Made by a program: the position numbers and the translations under genes
Source of the DNA: an uncultured Acidobacteriota bacterium
Lineage (GTDB): Bacteria; Acidobacteriota; Vicinamibacteria; Vicinamibacterales; UBA2999
Assembly (NCBI GenBank): GCA_963757735.1
Contig: CAVWST010000021.1
Span: 88,373 to 152,372, forward strand
Length of the DNA stretch: 64,000 bases
Reading direction: 5' to 3'
Notes under the pieces: generated by a model
The model's database searches: none
What the model was told of the DNA's origin: nothing
The model's input: the letters and a program-made list of their open reading frames with translations, nothing else
Part shown: positions 55,521-64,000 of the stretch, piece after piece
Position numbering within the stretch: the first letter of the stretch is position 1
How the letters are laid out: every line of letters starts with the position of its first letter

Positions 55521-56945
55521 ATGAATACCTACTCACGAATCCGAAGTCGACTACTGCGTTTGAGAAACTGGCGAGTGGGGGCATTGAGCTTATGCGCAGC
55601 CCTCGTTGCGGCCGCCGTCGTTATCGCCGCTCCGCCACAGCAGCCACAACAGCCGCAGCAGCCACCTCCCGCGTCTCCGGCACAGGCGCAGCAGCCATCA
55701 GAGGTGGCACTCGTGATCACCGGCGATCCGGGCACGCCCCCTCGTTACGCAGTGCCTGATTTCGTTGCGCTCTCTCCCGAGGCAGCTGAAGCTGCGAAGA
55801 CAATCGGGCAGGTGCTATGGGACGATCTGAACTTCGAGAAGGAGTTCTACCTGCTTCCGCGCGACACGTACTCCAGCGTGCCGGCAGCAAAGCGTCCAGA
55901 GGACGTACCGTTCGCTTCATGGCGGGAACTCGGCGCCGATGCCGTCGTATTCGGAACCGTGCAGCAACAAGGTGGCAAGTCAACCGTGCAGATTCGGTTG
56001 ATGAATGTACGTTCGCGACAGACGGTGTTCGCCAAGGAGTACTTCAACGCGAGCAATCCACGCGCGTACGCGCACACGATCGCGGACGAGATTCACATGC
56101 AACAGCGCGGACTGCGCGGTGTCGCGCGCACGAAGCTGGCGTTCGTCTCTGATCGCAATCGCGACAGCGTGATCAACACCGTCGAAAAGCGCGAGGTGAA
56201 GGAGATCTACATCGCCGACTACGACGGCGAGAACCAGCGCCGCATGACGGTGAGCCGCCAGCTGAACCTCACGCCTTCATGGTCGGCAGACGGCCGCGCC
56301 ATTGCCTACACCACCTACCGGCCGCTTCCCGACATCGTCGTCTCGTTCATCTATCAGGGTCTGCTGCAGAATCCAACGAAGGGTGTTGGAACGAACTATG
56401 TTCCCGTGTTCTCTCCCGACGGGACGCGCATCGCGTTCATGTCGGGGCGCGACGGCAATCCCGAGATCTACGTAATAAATATGGACGGTTCGAATCTGCG
56501 CCGGCTGACCAACCACCCCGCTGGTGACGGGACGCCAACGTGGTCGCCGAACGGCGCGCAGGTCGCGTTCGTGTCCGACCGGACAGGCACGCCACAGATC
56601 TACCTGATGGGTGCCGATGGATCGAATGTGCGCCGAATCACCATGAACGAATCATGGGCGGATCAGCCGACATGGTCTACTGCGTTCAACGAGATCGCGT
56701 ACGCGGGGCGAACCGGTTCGGGCTACGACATCAAGATCTATGACATCGCGTCCAACCAGGCGCGACAGATTACGTTCGGAGAGGGCTCAAATGAGCGTCC
56801 CGCGTACGCCCCGAACGGGCGACACCTCGCGTTCGCATCCACACGAGCCGGAGGCACACAGATCTTCACGGTCGGCCGCGACGGCAAGGACCTGAGGCAG
56901 GTCACTCGTACCGGGAACAACCAGATGCCCGCATGGTCGAACTGA
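55521..56945 (+). CDS. tolB: Tol-Pal beta-propeller protein TolB
   Basis: AHTIADEI and repeated P.WSPDG/FSPDG PD40 motifs. Confidence 0.92.
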   Translation: MNTYSRIRSRLLRLRNWRVGALSLCAALVAAAVVIAAPPQQPQQPQQPPPASPAQAQQPSEVALVITGDPGTPPRYAVPDFVALSPEAAEAAKTIGQVLWDDLNFEKEFYLLPRDTYSSVPAAKRPEDVPFASWRELGADAVVFGTVQQQGGKSTVQIRLMNVRSRQTVFAKEYFNASNPRAYAHTIADEIHMQQRGLRGVARTKLAFVSDRNRDSVINTVEKREVKEIYIADYDGENQRRMTVSRQLNLTPSWSADGRAIAYTTYRPLPDIVVSFIYQGLLQNPTKGVGTNYVPVFSPDGTRIAFMSGRDGNPEIYVINMDGSNLRRLTNHPAGDGTPTWSPNGAQVAFVSDRTGTPQIYLMGADGSNVRRITMNESWADQPTWSTAFNEIAYAGRTGSGYDIKIYDIASNQARQITFGEGSNERPAYAPNGRHLAFASTRAGGTQIFTVGRDGKDLRQVTRTGNNQMPAWSN

Positions 56946-56971
56946 GTGAGGGCATCTTCTTGAGGAGAGTC

Positions 56972-57556
56972 ATGAGCAGAACGAGCCAGATCGGCGTTGT
57001 GTTGATGCTGGTGGCGGCGCTCGTCGCGACGAGCTGCAATCGGAGCAAACCTGCGACGCCCAAGCCTGCACCGCCACCAGGAGCGACGACAAATCAACCG
57101 CCTGCCGTACCCACTGCCCCACCGGCACCTCAGCGTGTTGACGATGCGCTGCCGGTTCCGCCGCAACCGTTGTCTGAAGACGCGGTCGCCAATAGGTCGC
57201 TGGATGATCTGAACCGTGATTCCCCGCTCAAGCCCGTTTTCTTCGGGCTCGACAGCGCAGACCTCGACGACATGGGACGAGCGGCGGCCCTGGCAAATAC
57301 CGAGGTTCTGAAGCGGTATCCGACCTGGGTCGTGACCATCGAAGGGCACTGCGATGAGCGCGGCACGGCAGAATACAATCTTGCGCTTGGCGAACGACGT
57401 GCAACAGCGGTCAAGACATACTTGACCTCGCTGGGCATCTCGCCCGACCGCGTGCGTACGGTGAGCTATGGAAAAGAGTTTCCATTCAATCCCGGCCATA
57501 CAGAAGATGCCTGGGCGCAGAACCGGCGCGGTCACTTTGTGATTACGTCTCGCTGA
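56972..57556 (+). CDS. pal: Peptidoglycan-associated lipoprotein
   Basis: Lipobox ATS|C; IEGHCDERGTAEYNLALGERRA, SYGKEFP, NRRGHF. Confidence 0.95.
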   Translation: MSRTSQIGVVLMLVAALVATSCNRSKPATPKPAPPPGATTNQPPAVPTAPPAPQRVDDALPVPPQPLSEDAVANRSLDDLNRDSPLKPVFFGLDSADLDDMGRAAALANTEVLKRYPTWVVTIEGHCDERGTAEYNLALGERRATAVKTYLTSLGISPDRVRTVSYGKEFPFNPGHTEDAWAQNRRGHFVITSR

Positions 57557-57565
57557 GGAAGTGGC

Positions 57566-58474
57566 ATGCAGAAGATCATTACAACAGCGGCCGTTTGCCT
57601 GGCACTGCTTCCCGCCCTGGCGACGCCTGCCGCGGCACAGAACCGAGAGCATCTCCAGTTGGCCGCCGAGCTGCGAATGCTGCAGGAGCAGAATCAACAA
57701 CTCAGCCTTGCGCTCAATCAACTGACTGAGACGCTGAAGGCTGTCAACTCGCGACTCGACACGAGCGAGGAATTCCAGCGGCGTCGATTCGCCGACCAGG
57801 AAGTGCTCGTCAAGAATCTGGGATCCGATCTCGGTACCATCCGCGAACGCACGCAGGACACGGATACACGCCTGCGCACGTTGAAGGACGAGATCGACGC
57901 ACTGCGACAGACGTTCCTGTCTCTTCCTACTTTGCTCGCGCAGTCCCAGCAGAGCTCGCTCGCGCCAATCGATCCGAACAATCCCACTGCGGCGCTTGCA
58001 CCCACACCGGATGGGCCGACGCCGGCGGGACCGCCCCCTGCCCCGAATCTGACCCTCCCGGCAAATGCTGGGCTGTCACCGAATCGTCTCTTCGATACAG
58101 CGTTCAGCGACTACACCTCGTCGCAGTACCCGTCCGCAATATCCGGGTTCCAGCAACTGCTCAAGAACTTCCCCACCGCCGAACGTGCCGACGACGCGCA
58201 GTTCTTCATCGGCGAGTCGCTCGCCAATATGAATCGACTGCCAGATGCGATCGACGCATACAATCAGGTCATCCAGAAGTACCCGACCGGAGACCAGGTT
58301 GACATGGCGTACTACCGTCGTGGCTTCGTGGAATCACTGATGGGACGAAACGACGCGGCCCGGGCCACGTTCGAAGAAGTCGTCAAGCGATTCCCCGACA
58401 GCCAGGGCGCGCAACTGGCGAAACAGCGGCTCGCAGGTTTGAGCCGCCCGCCCGCCGCACCCGCCAAGCCCTGA
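57566..58474 (+). CDS. cpoB: Tol-Pal system protein YbgF/CpoB
   Basis: Signal peptide, coiled coil, three TPRs; follows pal. Confidence 0.85.
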   Translation: MQKIITTAAVCLALLPALATPAAAQNREHLQLAAELRMLQEQNQQLSLALNQLTETLKAVNSRLDTSEEFQRRRFADQEVLVKNLGSDLGTIRERTQDTDTRLRTLKDEIDALRQTFLSLPTLLAQSQQSSLAPIDPNNPTAALAPTPDGPTPAGPPPAPNLTLPANAGLSPNRLFDTAFSDYTSSQYPSAISGFQQLLKNFPTAERADDAQFFIGESLANMNRLPDAIDAYNQVIQKYPTGDQVDMAYYRRGFVESLMGRNDAARATFEEVVKRFPDSQGAQLAKQRLAGLSRPPAAPAKP

Positions 58475-58515
58475 CCTGGGCTGTCACTCACCGATCGTAA
58501 ACTTCAGGACGGAGT

Positions 58516-58533
58516 GTCCGGCCTTCGCCGGAC
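58516..58533. repeat. REP-like GC hairpin
   Basis: GTCCGGC-CTTC-GCCGGAC in the cpoB-ssb spacer. Confidence 0.5.
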
Positions 58534-58600
58534 GTGTGAAGCGGGCACGGCAGCAGCTACTGCAGCCGTAGGGGCGGGCAACCGTCCGAAAGGAAGCGAC

Positions 58601-59038
58601 ATGGGCAGTGTGAACAAGGTGATCCTCGTCGGCAACCTCGGTCGCGACGCGGAGTTGCGCTACACGCCAGGAGGCGCGGCTGTGGCCACGCTCAATCTGG
58701 CCACAACGGAGGTCTGGAACGACCGCAACAATCAACGTCAGGAGAAAACCGAGTGGCACCGCATCGTCCTCTGGGGCAAGACCGCGGAGAGCCTGCAGGA
58801 GTACCTGACGAAGGGGAAACAGATCTACGTGGAGGGCCGCCTGCAGACACGCCAGTGGGACGACAAGGACGGCAACAAGCGCTACACCACTGAAATCAAG
58901 GCCGACCGCGTGACGCTGCTCGGGGGCGGCGGTGGAGGCCGCGGCGGCGGCATGGACCGCGGTGGGTCTCACCCGCCAGGCGGCGGTCCGGACGAACCGC
59001 CGATGGAACCGATTACCGACGACGACATTCCTTTCTGA
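58601..59038 (+). CDS. ssb: Single-stranded DNA-binding protein
   Basis: [32 protein letters not shown]-terminal DDDIPF. Confidence 0.97.
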   Translation: MGSVNKVILVGNLGRDAELRYTPGGAAVATLNLATTEVWNDRNNQRQEKTEWHRIVLWGKTAESLQEYLTKGKQIYVEGRLQTRQWDDKDGNKRYTTEIKADRVTLLGGGGGGRGGGMDRGGSHPPGGGPDEPPMEPITDDDIPF

Positions 59039-59046
59039 GTCTCGAT

Positions 59047-59117
59047 AACTCCCAACGACCAACTCCCAACTTCCAATCATGCTCGTTTGGTAGTTGGGTT
59101 GCTGGGAGTTGGGAGTT
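59047..59117. repeat. Inverted arrays of 7-mer repeats between convergent ssb and cupin genes; possible bidirectional terminator
   Basis: AACTCCC AACGACC AACTCCC AACTTCC ... TTGGTAG TTGGGTTG CTGGGAG TTGGGAG TT. Confidence 0.7.
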
Positions 59118-59119
59118 TC

Positions 59120-59476
59120 TTAAGTCCCTTCTCTCCCGTAGCGATCTTCCAACCTGACGACATCGTCGAGTTCGGGTGTCGACGCCTCGAGCACGTCGCA
59201 GTCGTCGATCGCCGTCATACGGTGCACGGTCTTCGGAAGCACGTGGATGGAGTCGCCCGGTTTCATTTCGATCTTCTTCAACTGGCCGTCGACCTCGATC
59301 TCGTACAACAGCTTGCCGGAGTGGAGGTAGATCGTCTCCTCCTTGCGGTTGTGATACTGGAGGCTGAGCGCGTGCCCGGCGGTGATGTGCAGAATCTTCC
59401 CGACGTAGCGCTCGGTCTTGGCCCAATGAAGCTCGTATCCCCACGGCTTCTCGACTCGTGTGACGATGTTGTTCAT
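59120..59476 (-). CDS. Cupin-domain protein (mannose-6-phosphate isomerase-like)
   Basis: VEKPWGYE, LSLQYH..KEETI, VHRM, STPELDDVVRLEDRYGR. Confidence 0.85.
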   Translation of the reverse strand: MNNIVTRVEKPWGYELHWAKTERYVGKILHITAGHALSLQYHNRKEETIYLHSGKLLYEIEVDGQLKKIEMKPGDSIHVLPKTVHRMTAIDDCDVLEASTPELDDVVRLEDRYGREGT

Positions 59477-59479
59477 TCG

Positions 59480-61249
59480 TTAGCCCTCGCTGCCGACTTC
59501 GTTCTTTGCGACCTCGTCACCGAGATACTGCTCGATTTCTTCGACCGTTCCGAGCGTCAGCACCCGCGCGGCCACCCGCATCATCTGTCGCGCGCTCGTC
59601 TCCTTCACGACGCGTCGTGCCATCGGAATGGCGCCAGGTGTCATGCTGAACTCGCGAAGACCGCAGCCGATCAGCAGCTTCAGCAGCAACGGATCGGCCG
59701 CCATCTCGCCGCAGAGAGACAACGGGATGCCTTCGCGCGACGCAGCACGACGCACGTGACGAAGCAGACGAAGAACCGCCGGATGCAGCGGCTCGTACCG
59801 ATTCGACACGCGGTCGTCCGTGCGATCCACCGCGAGTGTGTACTGAATGAGGTCGTTCGTGCCGATCGTGAAGAAGTCCGCTTCCTTCGCCAGGAGTGAC
59901 GCCGTGAACGCCGCTGACGGGACTTCGATCATGATCCCTACCGGCACATCCGGGACGGTCACGCCGCGCGCTGTGAGCTCTTCCTGCGCCTCGAGCAGCA
60001 GACTCTTCGCGTCACGAACCTCCTGCACCGACGACACGAATGGGAACATGATCCGCAGCGGACCATGAGCCGCCGCGCGCAGCAACGCACGCAACTGCGT
60101 CTTGAAGATACGAGGCTGCGCAAGACCAAAGCGAACGCCGCGCAATCCCGCGTGCCCGCTGCGCTGCGGCTCCGGGAACCAGCGCGCATCGAGAGCCGCA
60201 TCGACCAGCGGTCGCGCGAGCTGACGCTCGTCCACGTCGAACGTGCGGATGGTGACCGGGCGCCCCGCCATTCGTTCCACGAGCTGACGATAGACGTGGT
60301 ACTGCTCCTCTTCGGCCGCCATGTCTGGCGGTCCGCCGACGAGCATGAACTCCGATCGATACAGGCCGATGCCTTCGGCCCCCGCACCCAGCGCACTCGG
60401 CACGTCGTCGGACCGCTCGATGTTGGCCTGGAGGACGATCGACTCGCCGTCGCTCGTCTGCAGGGGTCCGTCCTCCGCGTGCGCGATCGCCGCCACCCGG
60501 TGAAGTGACGAGCGGCCTTCTGCCTCCTGCCACAGCGCCGGCGTCGGATCGATGACGACTTCACCAGTCTCGCCGTCGATGATCACTGATGCGCCGGGAG
60601 GCACCCGCCTGCTGACGTCGTGCAGACCAACCACGGCCGGCACACCCAGCGATCGCGCGAGGATCGCGGTGTGATACGTGCGGCTTCCGGCGTCGGTCAC
60701 GAACCCCTTGATTCGCGTCCAATCGAGCTGTGCGACCACCGACGGAGTCAACTCGTCCGCAATGAGCACGCATGGCGCATCGAGATCCTGTAGACGATCG
60801 CGAGCACCGCCCTTTTCGTCGCGCAAATTCATGCGCAGGCGTCCGGCGACGTCGTGCAGATCGCCCTTACGCTCGTGCAGGTACGGATCGTCAACGTCGT
60901 CGAAGACCGCGGCGGCTTCGTCGAGGGCGCGCTGCACCGCCCACTCCGCGTTGACCCGTTCGTTGCGAACGACGGCGGCAGCCCGTCCCACGAGAATCGG
61001 ATCGTCGAGCATCAGCAGCTGCGCGTCGAAGATGGCCGCGAGATCGGCGCCACGTGCCGCCGCGATCCGCCGGCGGATCTGCTCGAGCTGCGCCCGCGAT
61101 CGCTGCCGGGCCCGCTCGAGGGCGGAGAGCTCACGCGCTACACCATCAGGGCCCACAGGAAAACGCAGCACCTGCGTTCGTTGAATAGCGACGAGCGCGG
61201 GGCCAACGGCGACGCCGGGTGACACGCCGATACCGTTCAGGCGTTCCAC
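59480..61249 (-). CDS. ptsI: PEP-protein phosphotransferase (PTS enzyme I)
   Basis: GSRTYHTAILARSLG (phospho-His), GIGLYRSEF, MIEVPSA, IGTNDLIQY, CGEMA. Confidence 0.95.
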   Translation of the reverse strand: MERLNGIGVSPGVAVGPALVAIQRTQVLRFPVGPDGVARELSALERARQRSRAQLEQIRRRIAAARGADLAAIFDAQLLMLDDPILVGRAAAVVRNERVNAEWAVQRALDEAAAVFDDVDDPYLHERKGDLHDVAGRLRMNLRDEKGGARDRLQDLDAPCVLIADELTPSVVAQLDWTRIKGFVTDAGSRTYHTAILARSLGVPAVVGLHDVSRRVPPGASVIIDGETGEVVIDPTPALWQEAEGRSSLHRVAAIAHAEDGPLQTSDGESIVLQANIERSDDVPSALGAGAEGIGLYRSEFMLVGGPPDMAAEEEQYHVYRQLVERMAGRPVTIRTFDVDERQLARPLVDAALDARWFPEPQRSGHAGLRGVRFGLAQPRIFKTQLRALLRAAAHGPLRIMFPFVSSVQEVRDAKSLLLEAQEELTARGVTVPDVPVGIMIEVPSAAFTASLLAKEADFFTIGTNDLIQYTLAVDRTDDRVSNRYEPLHPAVLRLLRHVRRAASREGIPLSLCGEMAADPLLLKLLIGCGLREFSMTPGAIPMARRVVKETSARQMMRVAARVLTLGTVEEIEQYLGDEVAKNEVGSEG

Positions 61250-61515
61250 GATTCCTCACCAAATCCAGATGCGACGAGCTCGACCAGCGCCTCGACGGCG
61301 CGGTCCTCGTCCGGCCCTTCTGCGATCACCGTCAGCGTCGTGCCGCGGGACGCAGCCAATAACAGAATTCCCATGATGCTCTTTCCATCCATGACCTTCG
61401 AGTCACGTCCGACGCGGATCCGGGATTCGAATCGCGTCGCGAGATGAACGAACCGCGCCGCGGCTCGCGCGTGGAGCCCCAGCTGATTCACGACGGTCAC
61501 AGAACGAGTTGTCAC
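61237..61515 (-). CDS. ptsH: Phosphocarrier protein HPr
   Basis: GLHARAAA (His15) and DGKSIMG (Ser46). Confidence 0.93.
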   Translation of the reverse strand: MTTRSVTVVNQLGLHARAAARFVHLATRFESRIRVGRDSKVMDGKSIMGILLLAASRGTTLTVIAEGPDEDRAVEALVELVASGFGEESWNA

Positions 61516-61516
61516 A

Positions 61517-61924
61517 CTACGTTTTCTCTCCGTGCAGGAGATCGGATGCCACCCAGATGGCATTACGCCCCTGCTCTCGAATGTCGCGTGCAATGTTCAA
61601 CAAGTCTCCTTGCTCCAGCTGATTCGCGAGCTTGATCAACATCGGCAAATTCACGCCGGTGATGACTTCAAGCTTGCCTTGGACGAGAAACGTCATCGCC
61701 AGATTCGACGGCGTGCCGCCGAACATGTCGGTAAGAATCAGGACGCCCGATCCCTTATCCACACGCACGACGGCCTGCTCGATCTCATGCCGTGCATCCT
61801 CGGTGTCTTCGTGCCATCCGATAGATACTGCCGCAAAAGCTGGCATGTCGCCGACAATCGCTTCCGCGGCGTTGACCAGCTCCGTTGCGAGCTGCCCGTG
61901 CGTGACCACGACGACGCCAATCAT
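61517..61924 (-). CDS. PTS mannose-family EIIA component
   Basis: VVVTHG, LTDMFGGTPSN, TGVNLPML. Confidence 0.92.
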   Translation of the reverse strand: MIGVVVVTHGQLATELVNAAEAIVGDMPAFAAVSIGWHEDTEDARHEIEQAVVRVDKGSGVLILTDMFGGTPSNLAMTFLVQGKLEVITGVNLPMLIKLANQLEQGDLLNIARDIREQGRNAIWVASDLLHGEKT

Positions 61925-61945
61925 CGCGATCCCGTGTTTCCGACC

Positions 61946-62848
61946 TTAGCCATCACGATGTTTGACCCGCAGCCGCACACCCGGCGTGTGGTCGAGCGTC
62001 CGCTTGAGTGCCTCCGCGATCATGACCGATCGATGTTGCCCCCCGGTACACCCGATCGCAACGGTCAGATAACTCTTGCCTTCAGTCACGTAATGCGGGA
62101 GGGTGAACCTCAGGAACTCCGTCAGGCGATTGATGAAGTCCTGCGTGACCTTGTGCTGCTTCATGAACCGCACGACTCTCGCGTCACGACCCGTCAGATG
62201 GCGCAACCGATCGACGAAGTGCGGATTGGGCAGAAAGCGCACGTCGAACACGAGATCGGCTTCCGTGGGCGCGCCGTTCTTGAACCCGAAACTCAGCAGG
62301 TTTACCACCATGTCCGCGCGCGTGCTCTCGTCGCGCGTCATCCGCCCGAAGGCATCGCGCAACTCGTGAACAGTCAGATTCGACGTATCGACGATGACGT
62401 CCGCCATGCCACGTATGGCGAGCATCTTCTTGCGCTCTTCGTCGATACCCTCTGAGACCGATCGATCGGGTGCGAGCGGGTGTGGCCTCCGCGTCTCACT
62501 GAACCGGCGCACGAGCGCGGAGCGATTGGCCTCCAGGAAGATCAACTTGGCCTCGACGCCGCGCAGGCTCCGCAGCTTGCGAAACACCGGGGGAAACTGA
62601 CTCAGGAAGCCGCGCTCGCGCACGTCGACGACGATGGCAACGCGCTCGAGATGGGCCTCTCCACGAGTGCAAAGCTCGGCGAACGTCGGAATGAGCTGCG
62701 TCGGGAGGTTATCGACGCAGAAGTAACCGAGGTCTTCGAGTGCGTGAATCGCGTGCGTCTTACCCGACCCGGACAGGCCGGTTACCACCATGAATCGAGT
62801 CGCAGCGCGCTGGGGCGCACGCGATCGCGTCTTCTTCCTGGCGGACAC
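61946..62848 (-). CDS. rapZ: RNase adapter RapZ/YvcJ-family P-loop protein
   Basis: TGLSGSGKT, EDLGYFCVDNLP, RRFSETRRPHPL, DVRFLPNP, GCTGGQHRSV. Confidence 0.93.
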   Translation of the reverse strand: MSARKKTRSRAPQRAATRFMVVTGLSGSGKTHAIHALEDLGYFCVDNLPTQLIPTFAELCTRGEAHLERVAIVVDVRERGFLSQFPPVFRKLRSLRGVEAKLIFLEANRSALVRRFSETRRPHPLAPDRSVSEGIDEERKKMLAIRGMADVIVDTSNLTVHELRDAFGRMTRDESTRADMVVNLLSFGFKNGAPTEADLVFDVRFLPNPHFVDRLRHLTGRDARVVRFMKQHKVTQDFINRLTEFLRFTLPHYVTEGKSYLTVAIGCTGGQHRSVMIAEALKRTLDHTPGVRLRVKHRDG

Positions 62849-62857
62849 GAACGGGAG

Positions 62858-63850
62858 TCATCTCGGTTCTCCAGACCGCGGCTCCTCTTCGGAGTCCGGT
62901 TCAGTCTCCTCCTCCTGGAGTTGACGCTCCAGCCGTTCCACCAGATCTCTGGCAGCGTTCAGCCCACGCGATCGCAGCAACTGGTTCCTGGCCGCCACTT
63001 CCACCAGCGTCGCGAGGTTGCGACCAGGCGCGACGGGCATGCAGATCAACGGCACCTGCACGCCGAACAACTCGTATACGTTCTCATCGAGACCGAGCCG
63101 GTCGTATTCCCGGTGTTCGTCCCAACGTTCGAGCTTCACAACGAGCTCGACGGTCTTGGACGCACGCGTTGCGGCCACACCGAACAGATCCTTGATGTTG
63201 ATGATGCCCAGGCCGCGCAGCTCCATGTGGTATCGCGTCGGTTCGGGGCATTCGCCGAGAACGACCGAGTCGCCTCGCCTCCGGATCTGCACCGTATCGT
63301 CCGCGACGAGCCGATGACCACGTACGACGAGATCGAGCGCACACTCACTTTTGCCGATGCCGCTGTCGCCGATGATCAGCACTCCGAGGCCCAGTACGTC
63401 CATGAGCACGCCGTGAATGATCTCGCGAACCGCAAGCGCATCGTCGAGCAGCGCGCTGATTCGAGAGATGGCAACCGGCGTCGAGACCGACGTGCGCAGC
63501 AGTGGTACTTCGTATCGATCTGCAGCCGAGCGGAGGTCCGCGTGTGCCTCCCATCCACCGGTGATCAGCACACACGGAATGTCGTGTCCGAAGGTCGTGT
63601 CCAGGACGTCCATGCGCGCGTCGTGCGAAAGGCTATCGAGATATCGCACCTCGCTCTCGCCGTATACGACGATCCGCCCCGGACGCAGGTACTCGTGAAA
63701 TCCGGCGAGCGCCAGACCGGTCTTCTGGATGTAGGGACTGGCGATGCGGCGATCGCGCCCCGCCTGTCCGCCGAGCAGCTCGAGCGAAAGGCTCGCCGGA
63801 CCTGAGCCCCTCTCGACCAGGCCCGCAACCGTCAACACGGGCTCCGCCAT
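62858..63850 (-). CDS. hprK: HPr(Ser) kinase/phosphorylase
   Basis: GLALAGF, HGVLMDV, GDSGIGKSECAL, LVADD, ELRGLGII, PGRNLA. Confidence 0.95.
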   Translation of the reverse strand: MAEPVLTVAGLVERGSGPASLSLELLGGQAGRDRRIASPYIQKTGLALAGFHEYLRPGRIVVYGESEVRYLDSLSHDARMDVLDTTFGHDIPCVLITGGWEAHADLRSAADRYEVPLLRTSVSTPVAISRISALLDDALAVREIIHGVLMDVLGLGVLIIGDSGIGKSECALDLVVRGHRLVADDTVQIRRRGDSVVLGECPEPTRYHMELRGLGIINIKDLFGVAATRASKTVELVVKLERWDEHREYDRLGLDENVYELFGVQVPLICMPVAPGRNLATLVEVAARNQLLRSRGLNAARDLVERLERQLQEEETEPDSEEEPRSGEPR

Positions 63851-63862
63851 CGCGAGGCCGCC

Positions 63863-64000
63863 CTATGCCTCCGGCTCGATCAAACCGAGATTGCCGTCGG
63901 CCCTGCGAAAGAGGACCGTGACGGTATCGGTGGCTGAATTTCGAAACACGATCAATCCATCGGCTGCATCGTCTATTTCAACAGCAGCGTCCTCGACCGA
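63863..64000 (-). CDS. hpf: C-terminal fragment of long ribosome hibernation promoting factor (truncated by the window edge)
   Basis: SVEDAA..LIVFRN..VTVLFRRADGNLGLIEP matches the S30AE C-terminal domain; sits upstream of hprK. Confidence 0.8.
   Translation of the reverse strand, partial: SVEDAAVEIDDAADGLIVFRNSATDTVTVLFRRADGNLGLIEPEA

Overview
GC-rich, densely coding bacterial chromosomal region. Gene content and order suggest Acidobacteriota, probably Vicinamibacteria; this is an inference from sequence only. It is mostly core genome: a FimT-like pilin/PilZ pair, dctA, a sigma54 activator plus ABC exporter, gcvTHP-nnr-tsaE, guaB, secA, an M23 peptidase, comM, an MltD-like transglycosylase, a two-gene BMC satellite, a T4P/T2SS-type operon, a peptidoglycan-sugar recycling cluster, xerD, a fused lptFG, a parAB pair, DUF151-miaB-recN, tol-pal, ssb and the hpf-hprK-rapZ-EIIA-HPr-ptsI operon. 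Single-base frameshifts in conserved genes (secA twice, guaB, miaB, others) indicate an error-prone assembly, so fine details need read-level confirmation. Best leads: (1) a non-canonical ParAB pair with its own 16-bp palindrome TGTCGGCC(G/A)GCCGACA, found next to its promoter and inside parB, about 170 bp from a clear dif-like Xer site and about 4 kb from xerD; this is a candidate terminus-linked partition system. (2) A Tat-exported precursor with a Cys/Trp-rich C-terminal peptide plus a small membrane protein, translationally coupled behind comM, whose promoter has sigma54-like architecture; this is a candidate competence-linked bacteriocin/immunity cassette. (3) A 1.4-kb stack of scrambled, degenerate parA copies that may be an assembly artefact. 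No rRNA, tRNA, CRISPR array or transposase was recognised.
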